Source of the DNA: Raillietiella orientalis
Lineage: Eukaryota
DNA length: 64,000 bases
Reading direction: 5' to 3'
Assembly: GCA_036172245.1 (NCBI GenBank)
Contig: JAYWIR010000101.1
Coordinates: 62,001-126,000, forward strand
Part shown: piece after piece, positions 21,676 to 34,699 of the stretch
Position numbering within the stretch: the first letter of the stretch is position 1
Layout: each line of letters begins with the position of its first letter
The notes under the pieces: generated by a model
Seen by the model: the letters and a program-made list of their open reading frames with translations, nothing else
Databases searched by the model: none
What the model was told of the DNA's origin: nothing
Position numbers and translations under genes: made by a program

Positions 21676-24081
21676 AACATTCGGAACCGAGGGGGTGATC
21701 ACTGCCTGAAAGAGCGACGCCCACGGGGAACAGCAGCGTTCTCACATGGCGCGCCACCTACACCACATTCTCTTACGGCGAAGATAACGGTGATACCCCC
21801 TCACCTTTCAGCATTTGTTCGCACGCCAGCCGGTTAACGAGAATCGCAAGCACCCAACATGTCGTCTCCTTCGTTACCAGCAGGAACCCGGGCATGTTCA
21901 CGACATGCGTGCGTGTCTGCCGGAACAAGCTCTGCGTGTGCACAAACCAAAAGAAGAAGGAGGCAAAAAAAGAAGAGAGGAAGACAAAAGTCGATCGTTG
22001 GCTGGGAGTGATCGCCGGCGCCCTCCGACTCGCCAAACAAAAAATCGGGAAAAGTGCGAGTGTGCATCGCCCCCGGCCGATCACCCACCGTTTCCTTCGT
22101 CCACGATCGACCGCTGCTTGCCTCCTGCTAGCCACCCGCTTGGAGCTGACCGTACGAACCGTCGTAGGTCCAGCACGAGCGTTTCGGCAGTGCCGGTCGT
22201 CACGGAGACCGGAGCCCCTTTGGGGCGCTCTCAAAGGCGCGTTGGGGGCGGAAGCGCGCCGGCACGCTGCCTGGAGCGCAGACAAAAAATGGCTCCCTCC
22301 GCGAGCAAGCCCTACGGAGAATGCTGCTCGGCTTCTGATCCCAGCTCTTCTGCTTGGTTCCGGGGGAGGGTCGAGGCCATGCCTGGGTCGCAGAGTGCTG
22401 TGTTTCCGTAGAATTGCTTTTTGGCAGGTAGTCATGGTTTCTGGCGCAATCCTCTTGTTTACTAAGGACGAAAACAGCTTCTACGTCGGTTGCTACAGCA
22501 AAAATAATCAGTCCGAAGACCTCGAGCGCACATGCAAGAATTCAATTAATTGTGTGCAGCACACGTTGCGTCTGCTGCTGAGAAGAAGCACCTTTGCTTG
22601 TTTTCCAATCATGGAGAAGTAACGAACCCCAGGGATGAATCCGCTTCAACCCTTGCAGCTGCTCAGAATACGTGATTTTCAGAGATTGGTGCGTTCCATT
22701 GGTACAATCAAATCATTGGGAAACTTTGAATCAAACTTTCTTTTTTCCTGATTCGCTGCTTGGCGATGATCGAAAAACATTCGATTGCGTGGATCCGCCC
22801 ACGCTCGTTGCATGGTAAGGTGCAGGCAAAGGAGCATCGCTCATGAAACCGCATTGACTGGGGATAAATGGGTCAGGATTTCCAGACCGGTGAGCCGTTG
22901 CCTTGAAGAGAACCGAAGATCCAACCAACCAAAGATGAAGATCGCCATGCTATATCCAGAGCTGCTGTTCCTCCTGGGGTAAGAAGATTCTCTGGAGGGC
23001 CTCTGATAGCTCTCGTTTGCAGCACTGCTGTAGCATTTTCTTACCGCGAGGAAGAGACGACCTTCCCTGAAATCATCCCGATGAACTCAACGGAAGAAGT
23101 AAGCCACGCCCGTCGATCCTTTCGGGCGCTTCGCATCCTCGGCAACGCGTAGGATCCGTTCTTCTGCGCGGACGAACTTTGATTCGTCTGTTCCCTCCAG
23201 CGGAGCTGCCCGATCCCAATGGAACGGCGCCTTCGATCCGTAGGTTTTGCTCGCTCCCTCTGTTATTCGGGGTGTGGTCGCTCCGTGTTTTCGGAAAAGC
23301 AGGACGAGCGGTGCCAAAAGGGTTTCACGCAAACATCGCTACCGCGCGTCACCTGCTCTAAGCGCTCGGCAGTGGGATCGAAACTCCAAGAAGAAACTCC
23401 AACTCTTCGCCGGAAGGGTCCTTTCTTACCACCAAACGCGACTCCAAGACTTCGGCTGTCATCGGACCCTGCGTCGCAGAGTTTTCTTAAGGTGTCCCAG
23501 CCAAGGAATGCTGGCGATTCCAGTGGCTCCAATCTTGGTTGCTGCTGGAGAAGACCTCGATCAGCTGCTTCCCTGGCAGCGTCTGCGTAGCCTCTGTGTG
23601 GTGCTTCGTCCGTGCAGCCATCTTGGAAGCGGCATGGAAGCAGAGCGTTTCCGAGGAGGAAAAGCGACGAGTGGAGTTGACTGCCACCGCAGCTTTAAAG
23701 TGGTCACCTCGTGGTCAACGTGTGGGGGGGGAGTTTCCCCTTCCAGTATCCGCAATTCTTTGTGGCTGAAGGCAAATCGCGCGTGGTTGAGATGCACGCT
23801 CTGTATCCGGTGAATTCGAGCTGGAGTCTTCCGACGAATGTTTCCGCCCGCTCTTCGCCCCAGCATCGGGATTATGCTTCGAGGCGGCGCTTCTCTTTGA
23901 CCGCGTAGCCTCAGGTCCAGTTCGACGAAGTCTCTGCCCTTTCTCCTTCTCCTGATACTCTTTTTCTCTCTTCGTTCCTTCGTCTCTTGAGCCCTTTCTC
24001 CCTTCATTTCTTCCGTCCTTCCTCCCCCCTTCCCAGCCTTCCTTTTTCCATTCTTGCTTCTCCGTTCACCCCTCCCTTCAG

Positions 24082-26063
24082 GCGATGCTGCCCACCCGAG
24101 TGCTCGAACAGTACGTTTTTTTCCCTCTTTGCGCGGAGAGGGATGATAAGGAAGGGAGGATCTCCAAGAGCGTTCCTTGGAACCAGAAGCGTTGTCCCCG
24201 TTCCTCATAGACTCCCTCTTCTGTCTTTCCAGGGCATCTTCACCTTTCCGATCAAGGTCGGCAATCCTCGTCAGGAGTTCATTGTGGTCCCGCACTCCCA
24301 GCAATCGCTCCTCTGGTTGCCTTCGGCGGATTGCCACGAGCCCTTCTGCGGTAACCTGCGCGCTCATCGGCGCCCTATCATTGGCGGCAAGATGGTGTGG
24401 TCACCTTCCAGAGGGCCGCAACAAGTTCAACTGCTCAGCGTCCTGGACGTGCCAGGAAGGGGATGGACACCTCCTCACAGATATGATATTGAATAATGAC
24501 TTCGTTGGCTACGGGGCGACGGACAAACTCAAGGTGAACACCCTCCACTCGCAGCTCCCTATCCTCCGGGATGCGTTTCTCATCTCGTTCCCCCTTCCTC
24601 CTCGTCTCTCTCTTTCTCTGGAATCATATCTCGGAAAGAATGGGACAGCGGCGGCTGCAGTCCCTCGAGCAGCGGAAAGCGGAGGACCTCTTGCGGTCTT
24701 GAGGACTTTTCTCTACGCGGTCGAGAGCGTAAAAAGAAGTACCTCGCTTCCGGCAGCTGGGGAGGCGTTGCTCTGCAGCGCTCCTCCAAGGGCAGTGAGG
24801 GACGGTGTAGCTCCCGACCTCTACCCTCCGTCCTCCTTTCATGTCCGCGCCTTCTGAAGTTCTCCTTTCCTCTTCTACAGGTCGGAAACAAGTATCCCAC
24901 AAAAGTCAACTTGTCCCTGATAGTCATGGAAAGCGAGGTTCAGACATTTCCGAAGGATCGGCAACCGGAGGACGGATTTCTGGGTCTCAGTCCCTTGAGA
25001 GACCTGTACTCGGACCCCATCCAGCGTCCCCCGGTGAGGAAGCTGCTCAAGTACTGCAAGCAAAAAGTGCTGGGTTTTTACCTTAACCGGTACGTCGGGC
25101 CTCCCGCGACCTCCCCGGTCGCGCCATAAGGAGGGTAGAGCAGGTGGACAGAACCCTTTTTTCTCTCCTCCCCTCCCAGGACGAGAGGGTCGCTTAGCTT
25201 TTGCACCCTGGAAAAAAGCCACTACCATCCTCCAATCAACTACGAGACCACCGTGGGAGACCAGTGGCTGCTCAACAGCGAACGGTGAGGAGGAGGAGTT
25301 CCTTTCAGAAGGGAGCGTTTCACGGCCCCACTCGCTCCGTTCACTCCCATCCACCTCATACCTCACCTACACCGCTCCCCCGCGGCAGCCATGCCGTGCG
25401 TCATTTTCCCTCCAATCCATCCCTTTGCCTACCCTACGATCGCGCCCCCTGACCTTTCCTGCCGCTCTCTCGGAGGGAACCTCGCCTTGGGGAAGGGAAA
25501 GGAGTTTGCCTCTCTCTCGGTCTCCAGGGTGTCGCTAGGAGGGCAAGAAGTCTGCAAAGGCAGTTGCTATGTGCACATCAACACCGCAAGACCCCATTCG
25601 AGTGTCCCATTGAATGTCTACGATGCGTTGCAGTCCAACCTGCCGAAGGAATCCAAGGTAAGGCGCCAACAAAGATGGCAGGCGGACAGGAGTGCTGGGG
25701 TGGAGGGACGATAGAGTATGTATGCTTCTCTTCCCATACTCCGTAGAACGAGGCCTCCTCTCACAAGTCCAAAGAACTAACCCTGATCTTCGAGTTTTCA
25801 AATTTCACTCTGACCTTCCGGGAGCTGTACAAGCAAAACGAGGTGAAAGCTCTCACTTCCTTCCTGGCATCCCCAGCGCTGAGCATCACGGTCTTTTCCA
25901 GGACGGTAGCTACTCCCTGAACGCTTTATGCAAGCAAAAAGGGTACGACGAAGAAAGAGGCTTCACTCTGGGGACGCGACTCCTGGGTCAATACTACTTG
26001 GTGCTGAACCTGACCGAAGAAGGAAAGAACCACAAAGTCGGCTTCGCAAATCTGAAGCACTGA
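24082..26063 (+). CDS. Spliced pepsin-family (A1) aspartic-protease homolog lacking both catalytic Asp; 5' end unresolved
   Basis: GT-AG exons 24082-24110, 24233-24350, 24412-24533, 24881-25089, 25180-25284, 25528-25657, 25747-25842 and 25902-26063 splice in frame without stops. Landmarks: IKVGNPRQEF, LWLPSADC, DGFLGL, GFYLNR, HY..PINY, VCKGSC, FTLG...QYY...KVGFA. AATAAA near 26108. Confidence 0.82.
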
Positions 26064-26913
26064 GTCCACTGGGCACGAAACCCATGAAAAAAAAAAAAAA
26101 GCGCGTGAAATAAAGAGCACCTACCAAAACAAAGAAAGTGAGGTCGCTAGGCCTACCCATCGCTCTCAACTGTGGATCGACGGCTTGGGGAGAGACGAAC
26201 CTCTTGCCTGGGGGAAGCGTCAAACGTCATGCGGACGCTGTGGTAACCGAACAGGAAACGCCCTTTCGTGAAACACTTCGTTCGTCCACCACCGCAACCA
26301 CCACGCAACCTCCTTTCACTTGTGGCCTTATTCGTCGGACAGCGCGGAATCGGCGACTCTCTGTCAGCCTCTTCGAGCCACCGCGTCCCACCCCGGAATG
26401 CCTGCTGCCTGCAGCTCCTCTGCCAGCACCGAAATGTGGGCCTTCTGTTCTGGAAGCCCCCGAGCGTTAGGCTCCTTGGAAACAGCCGGATGAATCCTCC
26501 TTCCCTTTCTGGCAACAGAGCCGCGTTCGCTTCCTTATGGATGCAAGGCTACCATCGAGGTCCGAGTGCGGGGGCCCCCATCCGAAGGGCATGCCGCTTG
26601 CAAAAGCTGCCGCCCCGCCACACCAAACGATGGATACGGCGGGCACGTGGGCGGGTACAGGAAGGGTTAGCATTCCGCCCGCACCTCCGCTGCGAAAGCG
26701 GCCGGTGAGAACGACCTTCACCTTCCTTCCGCCAACAGCTCCTCTTGTCTGTGTCCGAGCCACAAGAAAACCACCCCTCGTCCCGAGTGTGGCAAGGTAC
26801 CGGTTGGAAAGGGTTCATGGAGGATGGCTTCGGCCATTGGGAATGCACGAGGAGCTGATCTCGGAAGCTTCGATGCTGCAAGCATCGACGGACAAGGAAA
26901 GTGACTCGGCCTC

Positions 26914-27635
26914 GTCGTCTTTGGCCATGTGTCTGCGGTCCCCGCGAGTGGCGCCAAATGTCGCAGGTTCGAATCCCGCTCGGGGAAGCGTCGACGCCAG
27001 AGAAATGGGCGCGTCGTGGGTTCCCAGTCCCCCAGCCCGCAGGATGACACTGGTTGGCCTGTAGATTTCGGGTGCGACACTGGATGCCCCGATGAGTAGC
27101 CGGGGTCTGGAAGTCGACCCTCCGGGGTCCTTCCATGAATCAAGGAGACCTTCGTGGTTCCCTCCGGTTGTGAAAATGCAGTCACCAATTGCTTATCATG
27201 GAGCTGGTTGATATCCCTTTTGGAGAGCTGCCTCTCCTGATTGTCAAAGGTGCCCTTTACAGAAAATGGGAAGTCCCTTCTGGGTTCTCAGTTCGCGTTC
27301 TGGGTTCTCTTAGGAGGAGTAAACGAGGAGCAGTTCCCTTGAGGGTTGCCTCAGGAGATGAAATTCCGGGAATGGGCCCTTTCCGGGTTTCCTTAGGAGA
27401 AGAAACGAGGAGTGCTCCCCCCTTCGGAAGGTCCCTCCGAAGAGAATGAGGAAGAGGTTCCCTTCGGGTTTCCTCCGGAGACAACCAAGGCGAGGGTTCC
27501 CTTCGGGGTTTCCTGCCAAGCGTAAGAGCAAAGGACTTTTTCCTCCAGAGCCTTCTTGGATTCATAAGTGGTCCCTTTCTGGAGTACCCCCTAAATTGAA
27601 GAGTCACCATACGCACCTCCGGGTAACGTGGCTAG
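26914..27635 (+). mobile_element. tRNA-derived hairpin-array SINE (copy S2)
   Basis: A-box-like TGGCCATGTGT at 26922-26932 and perfect B-box GGTTCGAATCC at 26966-26976. Repeated GAGGA..CCCTTCGGG..CCTC-CGGAGA units of about 40 nt at 27325-27520. Colinear with S1. Confidence 0.8.
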
Positions 27636-30600
27636 CACCAGAGAACTTTGTGAGCCTCTCTCCCTGCCCTCAAGGAGGTGAACGAGGTTCTTTATAAAGA
27701 AAAGCGACAGGAACGCAGCTCTGCGCCTTCCGCCGACGTCTTCTTCCTCCCGTGCGGATGGGTACCTGGAGAGAGATTTCTTCTCAGGTGCTGATGAATT
27801 TTTTCTCGCAGCCTCGTAGTCTCGGAAGGAAGTCTGACAGTCGGCGACTTGGAGGCGTTCATTCTCGCGGTAAGAAGCATTTGCACGGAAGACGGGATTT
27901 TTCTCTTCGGCACCGCTCAGGGAGACGACAGGGAAGGAACACCGAGGGAGAGATACAGATGTAAATAACAAGATCAGAGTTTTTCCTGGAGTTGGTATTG
28001 GACGAGAACCACAAGCGATTCCTGTCCTTCTCTCGAGCAGGAGGTTGGCAACAGCAGCCTCAGTCCAGAGTCACAGCCGAGACCGATGCTCTGCTCCTCT
28101 CAGCCGAAGTCGCGCCGGTCGAATGACTGAGGACCTCCTCCACGGAGGACAAGATTTTGCACGAGAAGGCAAACATGGCCCCGCGGAGGAAGCACAGGAT
28201 CGGGGTAACTTCGGCAGCAGAAAGTCCATTTCCTTTAAGTAAAAGTTCTCTCACTATCCCGTGGGGACCATCTTCCTAGAGGGATAGAGCACTGCCAAAA
28301 GGTTTTCAGCTTCCATGAAGTCGAAAGCAGTTTAGCAATGAGTGAGGGAGAGCACCGCGCCGGTCGCGTGGACACCACACCGGGTCAGCTGCGCCCCCTA
28401 AGCGCCACTCCCGCTCGCATTGTTACAGCTGCTATGATCTGGCACGCTACTCCAGAGCTCCGGTCCTTCCTCTCTATCGTGCGGCGGGTATCCAAGGTTC
28501 TGGATTTCCAAGCCGCCAGGAGGCCCGAAATTTTCTTCGTCGCAGCTCACCTTCCACTTGCCCTCCTCTACCCGTTCCTCCCTGCTACGGGAAACAAGCA
28601 GAAAGGCCTCCATGGGAGTCCAGTGCCCAGCACGATACGACTTTACATTCTTTGGTATCCTGGGACGGTTTCTGGGGACGTTTGGCCCCGAGCGCCCAAG
28701 CTTTTCCTGTCTTCAAGTTCGACAACATCCAGGCGTGCCTCTTACTTTTCCTTGAGACGACCTCTCTGGACGGACTGCCTGAGACCAGAAAGTCATCCTA
28801 CCCTTGAGCAGAATCGCGATTCCATCGTGTCGGAGTGACTCTTTTCCCCATTTTATGGCTCTTCCTTTGTAACTTGCATTTCACAATGAACGCTCTGGGG
28901 CCGCCACGTGAGAGAAGGGAGAGCCCAAAATGGATACCAGACAGCAGAGCACGGAGACTGTATCGCCGCCACTCCTCTCCAGAAAGGGGCTCTGCAAACG
29001 CAATGGCGGACAAAAAAGGTGTTGCTAGCAAGGAGACATGTCGCGGGCAGGCTACCTGGCAAAGTGAGGGAGAGGTGAAGGCGTTTCAGTGGCCCCAGAG
29101 TGCGCAGACCCTTTGCCTGATACGATCGAAGAAGGTTGGAGGTCTGGAGTCGACTGCACCCTCAAGGACTTCCGAGTCGACGATTTCCACGTGCACTCGT
29201 ATGAATTGACCAGGCGGCGCAGCGGCCGACCATCCGTGCATCGGCTACACTCTCCTTGAGCGCAGCCGGAATCATTCCTGTGGGGAACAGGAAGTGGTCC
29301 TCCGTGCTCCGCCCAGACACAGTATGCGTTTGCTTCAATCTGATTAAAAAAGCGACAGCAACACTCAATCGGGCAGTCCGCGGCTTTGAGAATAACCTCC
29401 CGTCCGCGCTCACCGAGCTGATTGGAAGAGAGTTATTCAGCTTACGATGGCCTTCACCATTAAGGAAAAGACGCACTCTTTATTGGCGGAAAAGAACGGC
29501 GCCGTCATCGATTCCCCGCATCCACTTCGCCCCTCTTGGAAGCAGGAAGCTTAGTACCTCCGCGGAGAACTTGAAGAACCCCGCGGGGAGACCGTCCTTT
29601 CCTGGCTTCTCCGATGGCAGGGAAGCTCCCCATCGCGGAGAAAGGCTCATCAAGGTGCACGCGGTTATCCACCCCAGTAGCGGCGTCGCTCTTCGGCAGC
29701 TGCTGCTGCACTGCTTGGAAAAGTTTCCACGTACAGTAAGTCTCTTCCCCGAAGCAGACTTTTTTGCCGTGTATATGCAGCTGGAAAACCTCCCTAGACG
29801 TCCGGACTGGACGCAAGATCTGCATCTGGTACTCCGCCAACTTCCGGAGTCGAGGATAAGGGTTTAACGCATTTCAAATATGCGCAAAGCTGCTTCCCAC
29901 CCTCCCTAAGAAACCTTCAGGAAGCATAAAAACGGGAACACCGAAGCAGAATTCAAGGACGGTGACGCCGAACGGGTATCAGTCCTGGAGTTCTTGCATA
30001 GCGGGCCCACGAATCACATAGCTCAAGAGTCCCCTTTCGCTGTGTGTTCTCATGGGATCTCGCAACGATCTTCCAATTTAGGAGGAGCGGGAGCGAGCCT
30101 CTCGTCACCCTGAGAGAGGAGCGCACCGCTTTTGTGGTCCCTCGCATCTGCCTACTACTTGCGCAACCTCGTCGAATTACCTGGAAGACGAACAATTCCA
30201 TGCACCTCGAGACGACTGCTCTGATCCGTCTCTTGCCCCATTTTCGTACCATGCTATCATCCCAGAAGACCCCGGATACTCGGCACCAGCAGAGCACTCT
30301 TCTACTGCAGCGGCTAAGAACGAGCTCCGAGATAAAGCACCGCCCAATCCGGATGGGATGCGGAGCGGCAGCTGAGCAATTTCTCTCTCCCGAATTGACG
30401 GGAGCTGCACTCGAGCCACGTTCTTAGGAGCCCGTCTTGTGAGCCACTGAACCGCGCCTCCGACTCTTCGGCTGGACTAGCGCAGCCAGCAGCCTCCCCA
30501 CGTAACGGAGCATCGATCCTCTCTCGCAGGCGTTCACGACACAACCTAACTGCCCAAGCTGGTCACCTGGGCGGACCAAGGATTGGGACGCCGTAGGCCG

Positions 30601-31799
30601 CAAACACGAGTCGACCTTGGTGGCCTCCGGAGTGTCGGACGAGGTGGCGTTCCACGATTTCCTACTCTCCCTCTAACCGCGCGACAGGGCCGCCCGCCCC
30701 TCCTCACCCGGATCATCTCCATCTCCGAAACCCGCAACCGCCGGAGACCAAGTGGGAAGTTCCGTTTTGTCGGCCTTACGATAGCGTTCGTGTATCGCCC
30801 CCCCCCCCCCGGGGAGTGCCATGGTTTCTGCGCGCTTGGAAGTTGCAGAGGGCTTCGCTTTTGACAACGCAGCTGACCACGGAGCGCGCGCTTCATTTTC
30901 GGAAGCCGCCTGAGTCGGCACACCCCGCGGCCGAAATGCCCGCGAATCGGCGGCTTCCCTGAGAACGGTTCCCCCAGCCCCCAGGTCGACATGCTCAGTC
31001 CGGGAGCGTCCAGTCCTCTGTGAAGGGCTTCGAAAATCGGCGGGAGATTGGATTTTCGGAACGAAGCCGCGAACGGAGGTGAATCGGAAGCGATTTGTCT
31101 GCAGGCACACCGCTCGGTGCAAACACGAAGTAGGGGTCACCGGTGGGATCATGATCCGGACTCCTGAAGGGACGCTACGTGGGGGTAGGATTGCTGCGGG
31201 ACGGGGCTTGTGCTCCACTTGCTTGCACAAGCAGCAGATACCAACCCCTCTTTCTTAACAGTCCTCAAGTTTGCGCGTCGTATCCGCCGTGGCCACCCCC
31301 GAGAGCCGAAAAGACTTACCTTGAATAGGAGGGTGCATGGTAGCTCGGGAATACGCATGCCATGCCGCTCTCTCTTGGTCCAAAGATGCTTTTCTCCTAG
31401 CAGAACCGCCGCCAGCACGTCGCTGTCTCAGGCATGGACGACGACGTCGAGTGGAAGGGCCGCTTCGCCGCTAGGCGCCAAGGCGCCACCCGGATGGCAA
31501 TCGGCGACTTGCTCCATGGGGCGTGCCCATGTCATCTCCGGAAAGCTTCCGCCGTCCGAAGGCACCAGCCGTCAGCCTGGAAGGGCGGTGCGGGTGAGCA
31601 TCCGTGGCGTGCATAGTTTGTATGTAGCTGAATGTGTGCATCCAGTACATATATGCACACACAAACATATCCGCGTACACGTACATGAAGATGGGTGCAC
31701 GAATGCAGAGATGCAGAAAGAAGTGTCAGAGCACTTCTTTCTCCTCAAAAGCATCTATGAATGTCGATGAATGCGTATCCACACAGAGATGTCGGAGGC

Positions 31800-33275
31800 T
31801 GCAAAGAGACGTTCCTCCGCTTTCGAGGAGTATTGCCAAGCGTTTCTGCAGCCGTGTAGGTAATCCCACAGCAGCGCGACCCTGCCACGAGGGCCCTCCG
31901 CCCTGTGACACGAAGGTAGCCAGATATTAACTTGAGAAAAACAGAGGGTTGAGAGCGGATGCTGCCGTTTGAGGGCTTCTGGGAATCGGGGAACCGCGAC
32001 GCTCGGTCGTATCCTTCGCGGTATCCTCGAGTGCGGATGCCGAGAGCGGAGGATGCGAATCGCGGACCACGTGTTTATCTGATCCGCTTTCTCTTCCCCT
32101 CGAGCGATTCCATTCTCACGGGACAGAAGAACACTGCAAGACTCCCCGGAGCAACATCTCAGCTCAGCATCTCCGCGTTGTTGCGTTGAGTCCACTGAGG
32201 GCTTCCCTTCCTCTGAGATCGCCGGATGGGCGATTGCAGGAGGCTTCAAAACCCAAAGCCTCGCGAGTTGTCATGGAAACGGAAATGATGAAAGAATGGG
32301 AGGGGGGTAGAGGGGAAGATGAAAATCAGCTTTCCCACCTCCACATTAGCTCGAGCGAGGCGGAGAACTCCTGCCTCGTCCGGAAAGGGAGGCACGCTCG
32401 ACAGCCCCTGCAGGAGATCGTGCAGAACCCACGCAAGCTGCTGTGGGCCTCGTTCACCCCCCCTTGCCCTAGTGCTGCCCTCCTTCAAAAACGCCAGGGA
32501 CAGCAACGAATCGGCAAAGTGGGAAGTATCCTGCCTCATTGAAGCCAGAAAAAAGCTGTTCGACGCGTGGACCACTCGGCAGCTAGCGGACGCTGCTAGG
32601 GTTGCGTTGGGGAGTCCCACGCAAAGCACGCCTCCATCATTGGACACGGGCGAGTGTGGATGCTTGCTGTGGAAGATGCGGCGACAAAGAGACTTTGCTG
32701 CACCTTCTGCTGGACTGTGCCGCCCTCCGACTCCTCTGGGATTGTCTGTCGATGATCCTAGCTATTCCCGAAGGTGACCACAGGGACGCCTCTCCGTTCG
32801 CTCCGATCTTCCACCAGCCGCGTACCTAACAGTTCTCTGCTGCATTCGCGGAATTCTCTCCATTCGCGGCCTGGAACGCGACATGAAGAGGTCAGAATGG
32901 CAGGGACGCCATCCATTGGACACGGATCTTTTTAAGGGCCGCATCCAGATGACCCCACCGGGGCTATATGAGAACGCAACTTGTTGGTATCCTGGGCAGG
33001 ATACAGAAGACGTCTCCAGACGAACAGTGATCTCTTATCCTCCATCCCTTTCCCTCCCTAAGAAACATCCGCTCCGCCCCCATTTTTTCATTTTTTTTGT
33101 TTCTTTTTGTTTGTCATCTTCCCTCCCCCTTCGTCACGGAAACGGAACTTGCCGGTCTACAGACCGGTGACCGACAAGTTGCAGTGGCCTGGTGAACCAA
33201 GTGGTTCACCACAGGAACGTTAATTGTATTTTTATTATTTTTATAATAAATGCCTGGCAAATCCGGGTGATAAAC
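31800..33275 (+). mobile_element. 5'-truncated degenerate LINE (copy F): ORF2 3' end, 3' UTR, terminal hairpin
   Basis: KWEVSCLI...AWTTRQLADAA and CGRCGDKETLLHLLLDC; AATAAA at 33245-33250 followed by CCTGG-CAAAT-CCGGGTGATAAA. Confidence 0.8.
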
Positions 33276-34169
33276 CTCCATACCAATGCACCTGACTGCA
33301 GCGGCAAAAGAAAAGACAATCACGGGAACATCGCTGTGCTCCTTTTCACCCTCAAGGTCAAGTCTCTTGTGAAAAGTGGATTCTTTGACGGGGGGTCCTC
33401 TTTCGAGTGCGCGAAACTCGAAAAGGAGATGCAGGCTTCCGTCCCCGATGGCCGCTCTAGAAGGAAGGAAAGAAGTCAGGTTCTCTCGCAGAGCCTCTCG
33501 GCTGAGAAAGCAGATATCCGGAGGCGCGTGTGACCTTGAGGGAGCAGCATCGTCAGCGCGACCGAAAAGTTCCACGGCTTCGCAATGTCTCGGCAAGTCG
33601 GGCACTGGGATGTGTCTGGGAGTGCGGCACGCGCCACTGAACGCATCTCGCCCTTCGCGGAGCCTCTCCCGTGCTTTCATGGCGGCAGAGCCGCGTAGGT
33701 CCGACCAGGCGGCCACAAAGAGCGAGTCAAGAGGCTCGTGGGCGGAGAGGTACTACTTGCTGGTCGGCCACGGGCCGCAGGCGACCAACCCGCAGGCGGG
33801 GAGACCAGCGACCGGGTTTGCATGACCGTGTGCCATCGAAGTTGGCGTGAGCACCACCCTGCACGACCTGCAGCAGAGTCTCGATGGCAGTCGCGTCCGT
33901 CTGCGCTGAACGCATGGTCGCCGCCATTTTGTAGGTGCTCAAGAAGGGAGGAGTCGCTTCCGAATGCGGGCTGTCCAGGAGACTCATGTGAGCGCCCTGT
34001 GGCTGGAGGGCGGAGCCGCAGGGCAGCTGAAGAGAGCCAGGGGGAGGACCCTGGATCCACTCAGCTCGTTTTCCCTGTCCCGCGGTGAACTGGAGGAACT
34101 GGAGAGAGTACCTTTGACCCCTATGCGCACTCAGGAACCGTTCGCCTAGGAAGTTTCGGAGCTCTTGGA

Positions 34170-34690
34170 GGCTGCGCACGCCACCTGAGGGTGCGTGGTA
34201 ACTCTTCAAGTTAGGGGGCAACCTCGTAGGGATCACCCCATTGATTCAGGAAGGTTCCACAGAAGGGAATCCGTTCCTCTTATGCCTGGGAGGGGAACCT
34301 CTCCCTTATTCTCTCCGGAGGGAACTCTGAAAGGATCCACCCTTTCTTTGCTACTCCCCTGGACGAATGGACGCTTCCCAATCTCTCCGGAGGGCTGCTT
34401 CCCGAAGGAAGCAGCGTCCTCCTTACAGTCTGAAGAGATAGCCCTCCGAGGAGAATATCAACCAGTTCCATGGTACGTGATAATACGGCTCCGTTCTCGC
34501 AGCTGAAGGAGAGCTCCGAAGGGCTCTTTGGCTCCTGGAAGGACCCTAGAGGGTGAACTTCCAACACCAGTCACTTTACGGGGTCATCCTTTCCCCGGCT
34601 TCCAGCGGAGCCGCACCTTTTGCTGGACTGTGTCACCAGCGTCATCTTGCGGGGGGAACTTGAACTCACGACGCACCCCCATATCTCGGC
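34170..34690 (-). mobile_element. Hairpin-array SINE (copy S4), head interrupted by a LINE 3' end
   Basis: Reverse complement is colinear with S2 (GCGTCGTGAGTTC; GGAAGTTCACCCTCTAGGGTCCTTCC; CTTCCTTCGGGAAG; AACTTGAAGAGTTACCACGCACCC). Confidence 0.78.
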
Positions 34691-34699
34691 TTTGATCCT

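Noticed and set aside
27085..27175. Hammerhead ribozyme / retrozyme (CCGATGAG...GAAA)
   Set aside because: The core reads CCGATGA rather than CTGATGA in both S1 and S2, and I could not build the three stems with a correctly placed GAAA and cleavage triplet.
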